Shown: positions 40,459 to 64,000 of the stretch, piece by piece
Layout of the letters: every line of letters begins with the position of its first letter
Position numbering within the stretch: the first letter of the stretch is position 1
NCBI GenBank assembly: GCA_039096225.1
Contig: JBBPEB010000028.1
Location: forward strand, 372,001-436,000
Origin: Blastocystis sp. Blastoise
Lineage: Eukaryota; Protista; Bigyra: Opalinata
DNA length: 64,000 bases
Direction: 5' to 3'
Made by a program: the position numbers and the translations under genes
The notes under the pieces: generated by a model
What the model was told of the DNA's origin: nothing
Database searches by the model: none
The model's input: only the letters and a program-made list of their open reading frames with translations

Positions 40459-43400
40459 CAAGCGTTTCACGACTGGCTACGCCAGCCTACGCTTGAGTTT
40501 TGATAGTTGTCATCTCTTAATTGTTATATTTTATGTTGGTTTTTTTTTAAATATTATGTTTATTTTTATGTTTTTGTTATTCATTTCTATTTTTTTATTT
40601 TTAGGATGAAGACTATTTCATATTTTATAAATTATTATTTCAATTGTTTTAGTTGTTATCTTCTATTGTTTAGTTATTAGTTTAGTATATTCTAAATAAT
40701 TTAATTCACACTTTATTCATAATTCCTATTTAACATTTTATATTACATTTTTTGAGTAGTATTTCCTTTTTTATTTAGTATCATTTTAGCTATTTTTATT
40801 ATTGATTATATATATTTATTGTTTATTAATAATAATTGATTAGCTCTTATATTTTATTTTTAATCTTATTCATATTTCTATTTCAATTTAGATTTCAATT
40901 TCTATTTCTATTTCTATTTCTATTTCTATTTCTATTTCTATTTCTATTTCTATTTCTATTTCTATTTCTATTTCTATTTCTATTTCTATTTCTATTTCTA
41001 TTTCTATTTCTATTTCTATTTCTATTTCTATTTCTATTTCTATTTCTATTTCTATTTCTATTTCTATTTCTATTTCTATTTCTATTTCTATTTCTATTTC
41101 TATTTCTATTTAGATTTCTATTTAGATTTCTATTTCTATTTCTATTTCTATTTCTATTTAGATTTCTATTTAGATTTAAATTTATATTTTAGTTTTCTAT
41201 ATTAATTCACTTTTCTTTGTTAATTTATTTATAACTGTTTTTGTAATTATAAATTCATTTAGTTTTATAAATATTTTATACTTTAAACAATATTATTATG
41301 ATTATAAAATATTTTTTCTTTTAAAACTTATTATTATCAGTTATTTCTTATCTTTAAGAATTTATTTTTTATTTTTAATTATTCTATATAATTATTATTA
41401 TGAGAAAGAACTTACTCTTTTGTCTAAAAAATATTATTTATTCTTTTATAAATTTTCTCATATATTATTTTATTCCATTTTAAATTATTATCATTTTTAT
41501 CTCTATTTGATTTTTTATATTCTATCATTTCTTTTTATATATACTATTATATATATATATTTAATATTTTATTATACCCCTTTTCTTATTAATAAATGTT
41601 TAATTATATGTAATAGTTACTATATTTTAATACTATCAGATTCAAATGTTTATAATATTATTATTTTTTATTACTCCTATTTCAATTTGGATTTAAAAAA
41701 ATATATATATATTTTTAATAATTAAAATATATATATTATTCTATATAATCGATAATAACTCATAGAGTTCTTTCTAAATATTTATCATATATAGAATTTC
41801 TTTTATAAAAGAAAAAAAGAATTATTTTTAAAAATTATCTATTCATTTTTTATAATGTTTTCAAAATCATTTCATTAAATGAAACGAAAAACTAAATATA
41901 AACCAAAAATTACATTCTATATCATAAATAGATTTAGTACTTTAAAAACTGTAACTATCATACATAAAATATAGTTTATAAAACAAATGAGTTATTTTAA
42001 AAAAACTCTAAAAGACTTTAACGTTTTGAAATACACATATCCACTTTTATTTTAACTAATTTTATGCTAATATACATATATATTTAATTTATTATTTTAA
42101 TTTATAAAAAGTAACTTGAATTTCATTTGTTTAAAGTCACAATTACAAAAAATGAGTTCTTTTGAAAGATAAAAAACATTCTTTAAACAATAATATTTTT
42201 GTATTTAGTGACAAAAAAACGTATTATACTGTTTTAGAAACAATTAAAATCTTTTTACCCATTCTAACATTCCTATCAAACAGTCAACTACATTTAATTA
42301 AACTAATTTTTAATATTTTATATTCTATAATAAGTCTATTTATTATTTTTATAAAAAGTGACTTGAATCTCTTGACTTAACTATTGTAATTCTAAAGAAT
42401 CAAATTTTTAAACAACTTAAAATGTTTATTTATTGTAGATTTTAATATAAAATACTCCAAAAACACTCAATACTTTCTTATTCTAACCATTTTTTTAAAA
42501 TAGACTCATTTTAACATTTTGGTCAAACACACAACCACCTTTATTTCAAACAATTCTTTTATTATTATAAACATTAAACACTCTAATACTCATTTTTACA
42601 AAAAGTGACTTGAATCTCTTCACTTAAGACAGTCAAACAGACAATTCAAAATTATTTTACCCTTTAAACTCATTATAAAGTGATAATATTTATAGAATTG
42701 TCCTAATATGTGGTTTAGGACATATTGAACTACTTTTTATAAAATTATGAGCCAACATGTGCATATACTCATTCACTCGTCAACTCCACTTTTGACCATT
42801 TTTTTGAGATATGCAATACATATAAGGTCTAGTTTTCAAATATGTAAAAATTAATTGTCAAATATGAATTTGATTTGTCAACTTTCAGAAAATTTTTAGA
42901 AAAACGATTTTTCAATTTTCAGTTTTTTAACATGTTATACTATTGACTCTACTGAACTCATTTTTTTATTAATTTCAAATATTAAAAATAATATAATTAA
43001 TATATCTTATTCTATGTATTTATTTGTTAAAATTATATAAAATAATAAAATATTGACTGAGAAATTAATGTTATAAAGTATACCCTTTTTTCAAAAAATA
43101 ATTTTTTTATGTTTTTCATATATAATTTTTTATCTCAAAAGTTATTATATATTTTGATAAGATTTTTATCAATATATAAACTATAGGTTGTCTAGTTTAT
43201 ATATAAGTTTTATTTATTTTTTAAAAATTAATATTGATGGAGAAATTGTCAAAATAAACTATAGTATCAAAAATGTTTTCTTTTTTTAAACGATTTATTT
43301 CACTAATTAAAGACAATTAAAAACTTATTTATTTATTTTAAGCTTATTTATGACATATACAACTCATAAAGACTCATAACTAACTTTTTAAAACAAACAT

Positions 43401-44698
43401 TGTCTGTATCAGTTCAACATGTTGTCTTAACTTTTTCAAATAAGTGATATATAGTATCCATGAGTGGTTCTAAACACATATTAAAACGTTTTAAGAGTTT
43501 ATTGAGTTAACATTGTCTGGTGATCTGTTGTTAAAGTCTTTTAAAAACAAAATAAAATTGTAAAATATGTTTATTTTGGTATGTAGTTTTTAAATATAAA
43601 GTAAAATGTCAAATAAAATTGTTAATGATGAAAATATAAACAAAAAACAAATGAAAACTTTTTAAGAAAATTTTTTGAAAGTCATTTTTTATTGAGTTCA
43701 ACTATTGACTCTTGTCACCTGAGTTTTCAATTAATTAAAAAAATGAAAAATATGTATCTGCTATGACATGTCTAGTTTCTAAATATGTTTTAACTTTTTT
43801 ATTTTATTAAGAATTGATTGAGAAATCACAATAACAAACTATACCCTTTTTTGAAAATTTTCATTTTTATGTTTTTCATATAAATGAATGTTTCTCAGTC
43901 AATATTCAATATTTAGATAAAATAAAAAATATGTATCTGCAATAGCTTATCTTAATTATAATTATACTTTTATTTTTAAAAAATACCCAAAACTCAAGGA
44001 GAAAGACGAATAACAAACTATACTATCAAAACATCAAAATTTCTATTATCAAATATTTTCTTATTAAAACTTTTTAAACAACTAAAAGACATATTTCTGA
44101 CATGTATTGATTCAAAATCACTTGAATAAACTCAAATAAGTTTATAAAGAAGGAATGTGTTGGATATCAGTTTGTCTTTTGTTGTTATTTAAAGGAATTA
44201 TTGTTGTTTCAGAGTAGTTGAGGTCAGTATCATTGCATATAAAATGGTTTTAGAGTTTATAGTTAGTGATGTGTGTATTGATATGTTGTCAACTTCTAAA
44301 TATAAACAAATTTACCCGTCAAAACTATTTATTAGACTAACCCGTCAATAAAAGTCAATTTTATAAAAATAAATATAAAGAATGTGAGTAGATATAGAAA
44401 AAATAAGAAAACAATAAAAAATAAAAAACGAAAAATAAGTGTTTTTATAAAAATGAAAAATATTGGATAAAATAGAAATAATCCAATAATTTTGGTTAAA
44501 ATTTTGTGCGAAAATGGTTTTTTGCGTTTTTTAGCCAGAAATTTAGAGTTTTCGAAAAATTTCTTTAACAGTCATTTTCAGAATTGTGTTCCGGTTTTTA
44601 TGATGTTATTTTTATTTTATAAAAGTTAATAACAAAGTCAATAAATGTGAAAGTGTGTGAGACACCGTACGCTACATGAACTAAATTAAGGATATTAA
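40459..44698 (-). mobile_element. Non-autonomous Helitron (4240 bp), inverted, between the hAT stop codon and the right TIR
   Basis: Reverse-complement 5' terminus ...CTAAATTAAGGATATTAA ends at 44698; reverse-complement hairpin CAAGCGTTTCACGACTGGCTACGCCAGCCTACGCTTG at 40459-40495; flanks gtata^tatta. Confidence 0.9.
40900..41175. repeat. (TATTTC)n hexanucleotide repeat
   Basis: Seen directly, with a few TAGATT variant units. Confidence 0.95.
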
Positions 44699-45397
44699 TA
44701 TTATACCATAAAAGTGATATATGTTTTATATGATTTATTTTAGAGGTACATTTTCTTATAATGATTTGTTGACTGTTGTATTTGTGACTAATAACTTCAA
44801 TACTATTTCGAAAAAGCATGACTAATAATTATTTTAATTTATGTTAAGGCTAGGTACTTTTATCTTTAAAAAAATAAAAATGTAATCAAGCAGAAATTTT
44901 CAAAGAATTTCATTTTGTTTCAAGTGTAATAATGAAATTCTACCAACACTAGAAGACAGTATAGTTGAAAAAGTCTTGAGATGTCTGAAAACACGATAGA
45001 ATATGAATAGTTTGATTATTGAAAATATTTATGAGAAGAATATGAAAAATTTAAAAAGAGCCTTCCCAGTAAAAATACCGTGATATATCCGTTATTCAGT
45101 TATCCAATAGAAACGATAGAATAAAGCTCAAAGAGAGAACGAAAATATCTATAAAAACCCTGTTTATTATATGAAAAGAATGTATTTATTGGATGATTGA
45201 AATTAAATACCAACAAAAAAATAAAAAACAAAAAAACCAAGAATATGATTCCGACGTTTATTTCCAAACTGTTTTAGACTTAGTTGTGCTTAAATAGCTG
45301 CTTAGAAGTTGTAAATTTATTGAAATAGGTAGATATTTGAAAGATCTTTCGATAAATAAAAAAATAATCAACTAGAAGTCTAATTCAATTTCGATTC

Positions 45398-46770
45398 ATG
45401 TTATCTTCACAACCAAAAAGACCAAGAGCTGGTAGTGTATCAGGGAGATTAAGAAGTGTTTCCATATTATGCACAGATGGTGTTATTACAAATGATCAAA
45501 AAGGAATTGTAAAAGACTTAATTATATCAGGGGATAAAGAATTAGAAAAGGGTATAGATGAATACTTACAAGGAAATCAAGCGTATATTATGCAATTAAT
45601 TAACAGTGGTCATTTAAATACGCGTAAGTCTACGTTTGATTATTTGAATGATTTTGGTATGGATGGTATGGATATAAATGCAGGAATGCCAATTTATGAT
45701 CAAGTATTTTTATTATGAATATTTTCATTTTAAAATATTATTACAATTTACTCATCATTTATAACAAAATTTATGTATGATTATTTTACAGCAAGCATTT
45801 ATGGCTGATAATTATCAAGATAATTATTACAATCGCCCTCGAGGTAGTTCTGTTAATCCTTTCTCAAGTATTTCTATATAGAATTTATTCTATTAATTCT
45901 TAATGTTTATTTAATGTTTTAGTATGATTAGTTTTTATAATTATGATTGATTTTATTTTAATTATTTTTTTTTATTAATGTTAATGTTTTATTATTGTTA
46001 TTATATATATATATATGATAGGAAGAGAGAATTCTGTCGTAGAGACTCCATTTTATGATTATAACTATGAGGGTCAAGTGAAGGCAAATAATGATAATAA
46101 TGCTTATTCTCAATTTGGAAACTTCGTGGATTATCAAACGGAAAAAGATGCAGATTATCTTGTATGCTTGTTCTATAATATTATATTAATTATATTAATT
46201 ATATTTATAATGTTTATTAAATTTATTATATTTATAATGTTTATTATATTAATTATATTTATAATGTTTATTAAATTTATTATATTTATAATGTTTATTA
46301 AATTTATTCATTAAATGTTTTTTATATGATTATACATATTATTATATATTATAATATATATTATTATGATTCATTTTTAATATCATTTACATGGTATTTC
46401 TATATTCTTTACCCTTTCTTCTGTATATATTATTCTTTACTCTCCTTCTATTCTTCTATAGGAAGTTACTCCATATAATATGATGAATAACAATGACAAT
46501 AGATCGGATTCTATGTCCCCGAATCATGGTACTTATTCCGAGTCCTTCTCGAATCTCTCGTTTATACAGAGTAATGCCCCTAATATGTATACTTCTCAAC
46601 CTATGGGATATATGGACAATACTATGCCCATGATGAATCAGACGCTCATGGGACACCCAGTCACACTCATGTCCAATGGAAACCAACCCATGAAACCACG
46701 TATATATATTAGTATTATTTTATGCTATTCATTTATTCATTTATTATTAATTATTTATTATTTATTTATT

Positions 46771-46810
<40 letters not shown>

Positions 46811-47282
46811 TATATTTATTTAATATATTTATTCAGTTTTATTATGTGTATATATATTTATATATTATTACAATAGATCTTTATATATATATATATATAG
46901 CAACCATAAAGACAAGTGAAGCTGATCTGCCGCCAGTAGAGATGAATAAGCATGAACCCGGCAAGAAGTATATAGGTGCTTATTCCCCAGAGAGTAGAAG
47001 AAAACGACTTGAGAAGTATATTCTATTTATTATTATAATTATATTATTCTATTTATACTATTATAATTATATTATTCTATTTATTATGATTTTAATAACC
47101 GTAAAAATAATAATACACATTTTTTTTATAGATTTTTTGAAAAACGAAAGCAACGAGTTTGGACAAAACGTGTTAAATATGATGTACGAAAGAACTTTGC
47201 GGATTCTCGTTTAAGAGTGAAAGGTCGTTTTGTTAAAAAAGAAGATGAAGAATTACTTCGAGAACTTATGAATTTAACATAA
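45398..47282 (+). CDS. CCT-domain (CONSTANS/TOC1-like motif) protein, spliced
   Basis: Spliced C-terminus YIGAYSPESRRKRLE..FEKRKQRVWTKRVKYDVRKNFADSRLRVKGRFVKKEDE; TAA at 47282. Confidence 0.88.
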
Positions 47283-48213
47283 ATAATATAATTATAATAA
47301 TCATTATATATATATAGAATTCAATAAATACTATTTATATTATTTTTTATTTTTTCATTTTTAAATTTTTAAACTTCTTTTTTCCCATTTTATTATTTTT
47401 TTAATAATTTTTTTTTATTTGTTTATAGATATATACTATATACTATATATATGTATATATTATAAATAATTTGTATTTCTTATCTTCTCTTTATTCTTAT
47501 TACTTTTGTTCTTTTCGTATATAATTATTTTTGTTTTTATAGTTTTTTTATATACTATTTTTATACTATAATAGAATATTACATATATAATGTTTTGCTT
47601 TCATGCTATTTCCGTTTATTTATTTTATTATTACATATTCTAATCATATATATATATGATTAGAAATATCTTCTTCCATTTCTACTGTTATAAACAATCA
47701 TCTTTATTTCAGTATTATTTATAATTATATATATATATATTTTTTTTCTTTAGCACCTTTTAATGATAGTATTCTCTATATATATGTTATATTCATTTTA
47801 TTTCGTTTTTTTTGTATTCTTATTTTGCTTGTAGCTTCATCACATTTGTTTTCTATCTATAATATATAATATATATGGATATGTATTCAATATAAACATA
47901 TCTTTTAAATGATACTTTTTCACTTCTTTTTTTTTGTTGCTTTATTATCTGTCATGTTTTTATTACTTGTAAATAACTGTAAACTAAATACATGATAATA
48001 TTTAAATCTAATAATAATATAGAATATAATATGAAATTTTTATTTTTCCAAATAATTTTTTACAAACAAATAATTTCATCGTTTAACTAATAAAAAACTA
48101 TTTAATACTACTCATTTGTGAATGTTATAATGTTTTAAAAAGAGAATACAATCTATTCTTTTCAATAATAATAATGATATACTCTTATACATAGGAAAGA
48201 GAGTATATATATA

Positions 48214-48682
48214 TTATAAAGATAAATTTAGATTCTCTTTAATTTCTGTCATTTTCTTTTCCATTTCATCACTTGTCATTGTGACAAATTCACTTGTATA
48301 ATTATGTTGACTTATATGTAAATCGTTGATGCTTGCAATGTCTAAAGTTTTTCTATTCAATATATTTTCGCAAATTGTATTGTGATATTCCATATCTGAT
48401 ATAAGAATGGGTTGATTACAGTCATGACAAATAACGTAAGGCATATTATTATCTTGTGGAAATGATCCTATTATATCTTCAAACTCTGAAGGAAGAACAT
48501 TTGTAGATGGACTCGTGCTGTTCAGACTATCTAGAACAGTTGAAAACAAATTATCCCAAGGTTTGCCCTCATTTGCTGCCAACTCTAGATATTATATATC
48601 AATATATATATCAGTGCGGATTCAATGAGTAGTATCAAATACGGCCAAAGACAGTATCTTCAAAATGTTCTTTGGAAAACAT
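48214..48682 (-). CDS. Small zinc-finger protein, possibly Sgf73/ataxin-7 N-terminal-like; 2 exons
   Basis: ATG 48682 (MFSKEHFEDTVFG|QLAANEGKPW); CHDC...H...C motif. The family assignment is from motif resemblance only. Confidence 0.45.
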
Positions 48683-48759
48683 AGAAACATTGATAACAAA
48701 TTTTATTTTTTTAAATATTTTTTAAAAGTATTATTAACTAAGGTTTTTGACAAGATAGG

Positions 48760-49428
48760 ATGGTATTTATATTTTATTTTAGTTGATCATCGACTCTATA
48801 TTAGCAATACACTGGTGCATTTGAAAAAGATAAGTTGAAATTTTCGAATTCCATGAAAGCAGCTGTTCAAAGTTTAGAAAATGTTAAGAATGGATTAGAT
48901 AATCCACGATGGTATATATATATCTGATTGATATTTCATATTCAAATAATTCTAGGCCAGATCTATTAAATAATTTTGATTTAGCTATTCAAAATGTTAT
49001 TAAGATGTATGGAATCGTATGTTCAATATATTTACAATCCTTAAATATTACATAGACGAATTCTTTAGCTCAAGAAACTGTTGATCCATATTTATTATCT
49101 GCAAATCCTCAAGATAGTATGTTTTATATATGTTTCTTTTTTCTTATTGTATTATATATTTTAGTTACATTGTTTTTGGAATCAAAGTTGCCTCCAGAAA
49201 AGACTACAATGGATAAATCTCTAGAGAATTCTCTTATTGAACGGAATGAAGCTTATAAAGACAATTTTCAATTAGTAGAAGTATGCATAATTTATATAAT
49301 TAACATAGAGTTATTCTAATGTCCCACATACAATTTCTTATTGTGTTTATATATATATCTAGAAAGAAGTTGATGATCGTAAGAAATGGGCAAAAGATTT
49401 ATTGGATTATATTAAAGATATTGAATGA
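48760..49428 (+). CDS. Probable Mediator subunit Med8-like protein, spliced
   Basis: Exons join to MQYTGAFEK...NPRWPDLLNNFDLA...LFLESKLPPE...IKDIE*; WPDLL..F and L.SKL.PE resemble Med8 motifs. Confidence 0.5.
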
Positions 49429-49998
49429 TGCTCATGACTATTTGTAACAACTTATTTATTATTCTCGTATGTATTCTTGCTATTATAGAAGCACACAACT
49501 GTGATTCACTATATTTCTATTTCTCTTTTTTTTTTGTACTTTAAACAATGATTTTTTTTTTATTTCTCTTCTTTTCTATTTTTTCGTATTACTTGTTTAA
49601 TAAAAACAATCTATTTTCATTTGTTGTATTCACATAATTCGTGATGATGTCTCATAGGGTTACTTTATTTTTCATAAAGGTTTCTCTCACTACTCAGAAA
49701 ATTCATAGAAAAATAAAATAACACATTAATTGATATAAATCGATGAAAAAAATAATTATCAAGATAATCACATAAGTCTATTTCACAAAAGGAGATGACT
49801 GTAATGTGTAATAAGACTCTGTTTGCGAATCACAAACTAATCTATTTGTTATAGTTTGATAAAGAAGACGAATTTGAATAAAAATGAATAAAATGATATT
49901 CCCATGAAAAAACAGGAATAGAAGAAAAGCCAGACGATTTTTTCATTGTTTTCAAAAACTAATTATTTTTCCTCTTCTAAATATAATTTTTCATTAAA

Positions 49999-50859
49999 AT
50001 GTCTATGAGAAAGCTTAAATTCCATGAGCAGAAGTTATTGAAGAAAACTGACTTCTTAAGTTGGAAGAAAGATCAGAATATTCGTGAAATTGAAGTCTTA
50101 CGTCGTTATCATATAGAGAATCGTGAAGATTATAAATCTTACAATATCGTTGTCGGCAAAATTCAACAGTTATTGATTGCTTTAAAGAAATTAAAGACTA
50201 GTGATACTTTCCGTATGCAACTTACAGAACAACTTGTTCATAAATTATATAATATGGGTTTGCTTGGTGCTGAATCAAGTCTAGCTGCTGCTGAGAAAAT
50301 CAATGTATCTTCTTTTTGCAGGTATTCTTATTATATACATTCTCTATAATGTGAATTATGATTTTAATTCATATTATTGTGGATTTTTTAAATTATTATT
50401 TTTTATTTATTATAAATTATATTATAATATAATATATATATTATATATAATATTATATATTATATTAATATTATATATGCTATATAGACGTCGATTACCT
50501 GTAGTTATGGTTCGTCTGCGAATGGCTCAAAATTTAAAAGAAGCAATTACTTTAATTGAACAAGTATACTTTTATTCATGATTCCTTTTATATTGTATTT
50601 TATACATTTCTATATTCCTTTTTTAAATAAATATTTATATATATATAAATATATATAAAGAGTAGACAATATAATGTTATTATTATCATTATATATATAG
50701 GCTCATATTCGTGTTGGTCCCGAAGTTATTACAGATCCTGCATATATAGTAACGAGAAACATGGAAGATTTCGTAACATGGGTAGATTCTTCTAAGATTA
50801 AGAGACATATTATGAAATATAATGAAAAACTTGATGATTATGATTTATTAGGATTATAA
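49999..50859 (+). CDS. IMP3: U3 snoRNP protein IMP3 (S4 domain), 3 exons
   Basis: [62 protein letters not shown]. Confidence 0.95.
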
Positions 50860-52518
50860 AATCATGTTCAATTATATTGAATATATATACTCCTATTGTT
50901 TTCTTTATTTATTTATTCATTTTTTTTCAATATTTTTTTATTTATTTGTTTCTGTTGTTGTCTATTATTGTTGTGTTTTATGTTTTTTGAAAATATTTTA
51001 TATATATAGAAAAATGTGAATAATAAAGTATACATTATTTTATCAACAGATTTTTCTTTATTATTCTCTAATCCATTCAATTGAAAGATTGGTTATTATT
51101 ATTCATCTTATTTCTGAACATCTTCGTAAATCTTCTTATTAAATTATTCTATAGAATTAGTACTTTGAGTTAATTTCTCCTTTTTTGAAAAGAAAGTGAA
51201 TAATCATTCAAAAATTGTTTTATGATGAACAAAAAAGTATAAAAATACTTTTTTAAATACTAGACACTTATTATAGTGCGATAGTGGACATAAATGATAC
51301 ATATATATAATTATTTTTTAAAAGATTATATATATAATTTTCTTATTTGAGTACTCCATATTATTGAAGAAGAAAATGTAAATATAATAGTGATTTTCAT
51401 TTTTTTAGTATATAGATTAATTATTGATTTTCAAATCGTATTTAAATAATTCTTCAAATAACAAATCACATCAATTGATGAAATATTTATATTTCTCTTA
51501 ATGATATTGTGTTCGAATCGCTCCATTCATGCATTTACGTCACTTATAATTGTCAAATTTCATAAAAATATAAAATAAGAGATTCGTTTACTTCGAAAAT
51601 AATCACGAATTGCTTCAATTCATTGATTTGAAGCATTTTAAAAAGAAATCAAATTACGAAAGTTATACTATTATAATGTTATCCATAGAATTATTGATTT
51701 TATTATCATTCTATTATTCTAATGGACAAAATAGTGTTTGTTATTGATTAAGAAACCATTCTTTCATTTGTATTTTTACATCAAAATATAATCCAAAGAA
51801 TTGAAGACATGAAGTATATATTCAGACAACGTCTGACAGAAAACAAGTATAATAATGCCATGAAACGCTATTAACTAGATTTCTATAATCAAACAATATA
51901 TATATCGACAAATTTAAAACAAAATAATTATAATACTTTTGAATTATTTCAAATAAATCACTACGATCCATAATTAATATATGACTTTCGACCTCTACTT
52001 CTTTTAAATAAGTGACTCTTATTTTGTTTAATTGGTTTCTTTCTTTAATATACTTCTAATAATGGTTCTTGAAATAAAATAAACGAAATAATAAACCCCG
52101 CTTGAAACTTAAATAACTTGACTAAATATATATTTCAGCATGGATTAATCGATTATTTTTCTATTTCAGTCATTTTTTTCTAAATAGTCTTTTTGTCCAT
52201 ATTGTCCAATGAAATGAAAGGAAAAAAGGAGTGAAGGAATTCTTGTCAACTAGGTAATTTTCGGTTTTAGTGAATTCTTGAATATTACTTCCATGGGGAA
52301 TCACGTTTTCATAACGAAAATAATATTATTCCCGAGAATAGTAAAATAATCACGATTATTTAATAATAAAGATACATTTGAAGAAGGAATTGGAAGAGAA
52401 TGTGAGAAAACCATTCACTTAAAGAGGAAAGTAATTGAATAAATTTTAAGTCTATTGTATTTAGAAGATTCGTAAGTTAATTGAGTAATATATGTAGTTA
52501 TTCTATGATATATTCATA

Positions 52519-52895
52519 ATGGGTAAAGTTCACGGTTCTCTTTCTCGTGCTGGTAAGGTCAGAAATCAAACTCCTAAGGTTGATAAACAAGAAAAACAAA
52601 AACAAGCTAAGGGTCGTGCTCACGTATATATATTGATATGATAATCGAATAATTTTATTTTGCCTCTTTTTGAAGTAGTTGCTTTTATTTGTGAGATTTC
52701 ATTATAATTAGGCTATAAAATTATTATACGTTATAACGCAAGTTGATGCTTATATTTATATATATATAGAAGAGACTTTGTTACAACAGACGTTTCGTTA
52801 ATGTTGTAGCTGCTCCCAATGGCAAGCGTCCTAGTCCTAATAGCTTTGCTATTCGTACTGCTCGTGCTGCTGCTAAGGTCGAAAAGAGCGAATAA
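52519..52895 (+). CDS. RPS30: 40S ribosomal protein S30 (eS30), 2 exons, no ubiquitin-like fusion
   Basis: [26 protein letters not shown]...GRAH|[13 protein letters not shown]. Confidence 0.95.
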
Positions 52896-53552
52896 GCTTT
52901 ATAAATTAATATATATATATTTTATTTGTTGCTCTCTATTTTATTATTATTTTACTCTATTTAAAGCTTTATAAACCTCTCGTAACTGTGATGAATCAAG
53001 TATGAATACAAATGTTTTACTATTGATATATTTATATTCGTATTATTTGTAATAGTTGTATTTATATATTAATAATAAACAAAAGACCCTTAAAACAAAA
53101 TGTGTTTTGTTTTGCCTACTTATAAGATAATTTAAATAACTTATCTTATTGCTTTTGAAGTATATTCTTATTTTATTAGAATAAAGATTTTGTCATAGTA
53201 TTACAAATGATATTATGATTATTAATGAATATTAAACAGAATAATGTTTTGATAACTATGAATAAATTGTTTCATTATTTATGATAGTTCATAGTAATTA
53301 ATAAGTTACGTATATTGTTTTGTATTCTTTAAAGACAAGTTAGTTTGTCAAATATTATAAAAATTTATAGAATACCAAAACAATAGGAAATAACGATTCT
53401 TTTGAAATAATGACAAATTGCCAATAATGACTCATAAAAAAAGATGAAAAATGAAAATAATAATAATAAAAAAAAAATTAAATATCAAAGAATTAAAATA
53501 GAAATTAAAAATCAATTGAATAGATAAAAAAGATATATATATATGTATATAT

Positions 53553-64000
<10,448 letters not shown>

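Larger units (their letters stand above)
15498..44951 (+). mobile_element. hAT-superfamily DNA transposon (about 2.8 kb core) expanded to 29.5 kb by nested Helitrons
   Basis: Left end TAGAGATGGAA (15498); right end reverse complement TAGTGTTGGTA (ends 44951); identical flanking 9-mer GAAGACAGT at 15489-15497 and 44952-44960; encloses a hAT transposase. Confidence 0.85.

Noticed and set aside
16274-44698. Large terminal inverted repeats of a Polinton/Maverick or endogenous virus
   Set aside because: The inverted similarity comes from an independent Helitron copy with its own 5' and 3' ends; no polymerase B, integrase or capsid ORFs are present.
50900-52480. Possible unannotated gene between IMP3 and RPS30
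   Set aside because: I could not build a consistent exon chain or find a recognisable motif.

Overview
Very AT-rich, intron-dense eukaryotic DNA. A stramenopile, possibly Blastocystis/Proteromonas-like, is my inference from gene content and intron style; it is not proven. The flanks (1-15.4 kb and 45-64 kb) carry spliced host genes: an LRR protein, PTPA, TRM10, a single-domain NadE-type NAD synthetase, eIF3g, a CCT-domain protein, a Med8-like protein, IMP3, RPS30 and the 3' part of a VPS13-family gene. The centre is a nested transposon stack. A hAT DNA transposon spans 15498-44951 (imperfect TAG...CTA ends, 9-bp direct repeat GAAGACAGT). Its 640-aa transposase ORF is intact only if a 22.6-kb intron is spliced out. 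That intron holds an autonomous Helitron (16274-38701), which contains a non-autonomous copy (19183-26381), which contains another (22419-25396). A fourth copy (40459-44698, minus strand) lies downstream of the transposase. All four Helitrons have 5'-TTAATATCC...CTTG-3' ends, a nested double hairpin and a TA^TA insertion site. The RepHel gene appears to have a long spliced N-terminal extension, with an 89 x 40-bp three-variant minisatellite in one intron. Host gene bodies show sense-strand (TAT)n intron microsatellites and a frequent exonic palindrome TTCCCRYGGGAA. All gene models were spliced by eye, without homology searches or RNA data.
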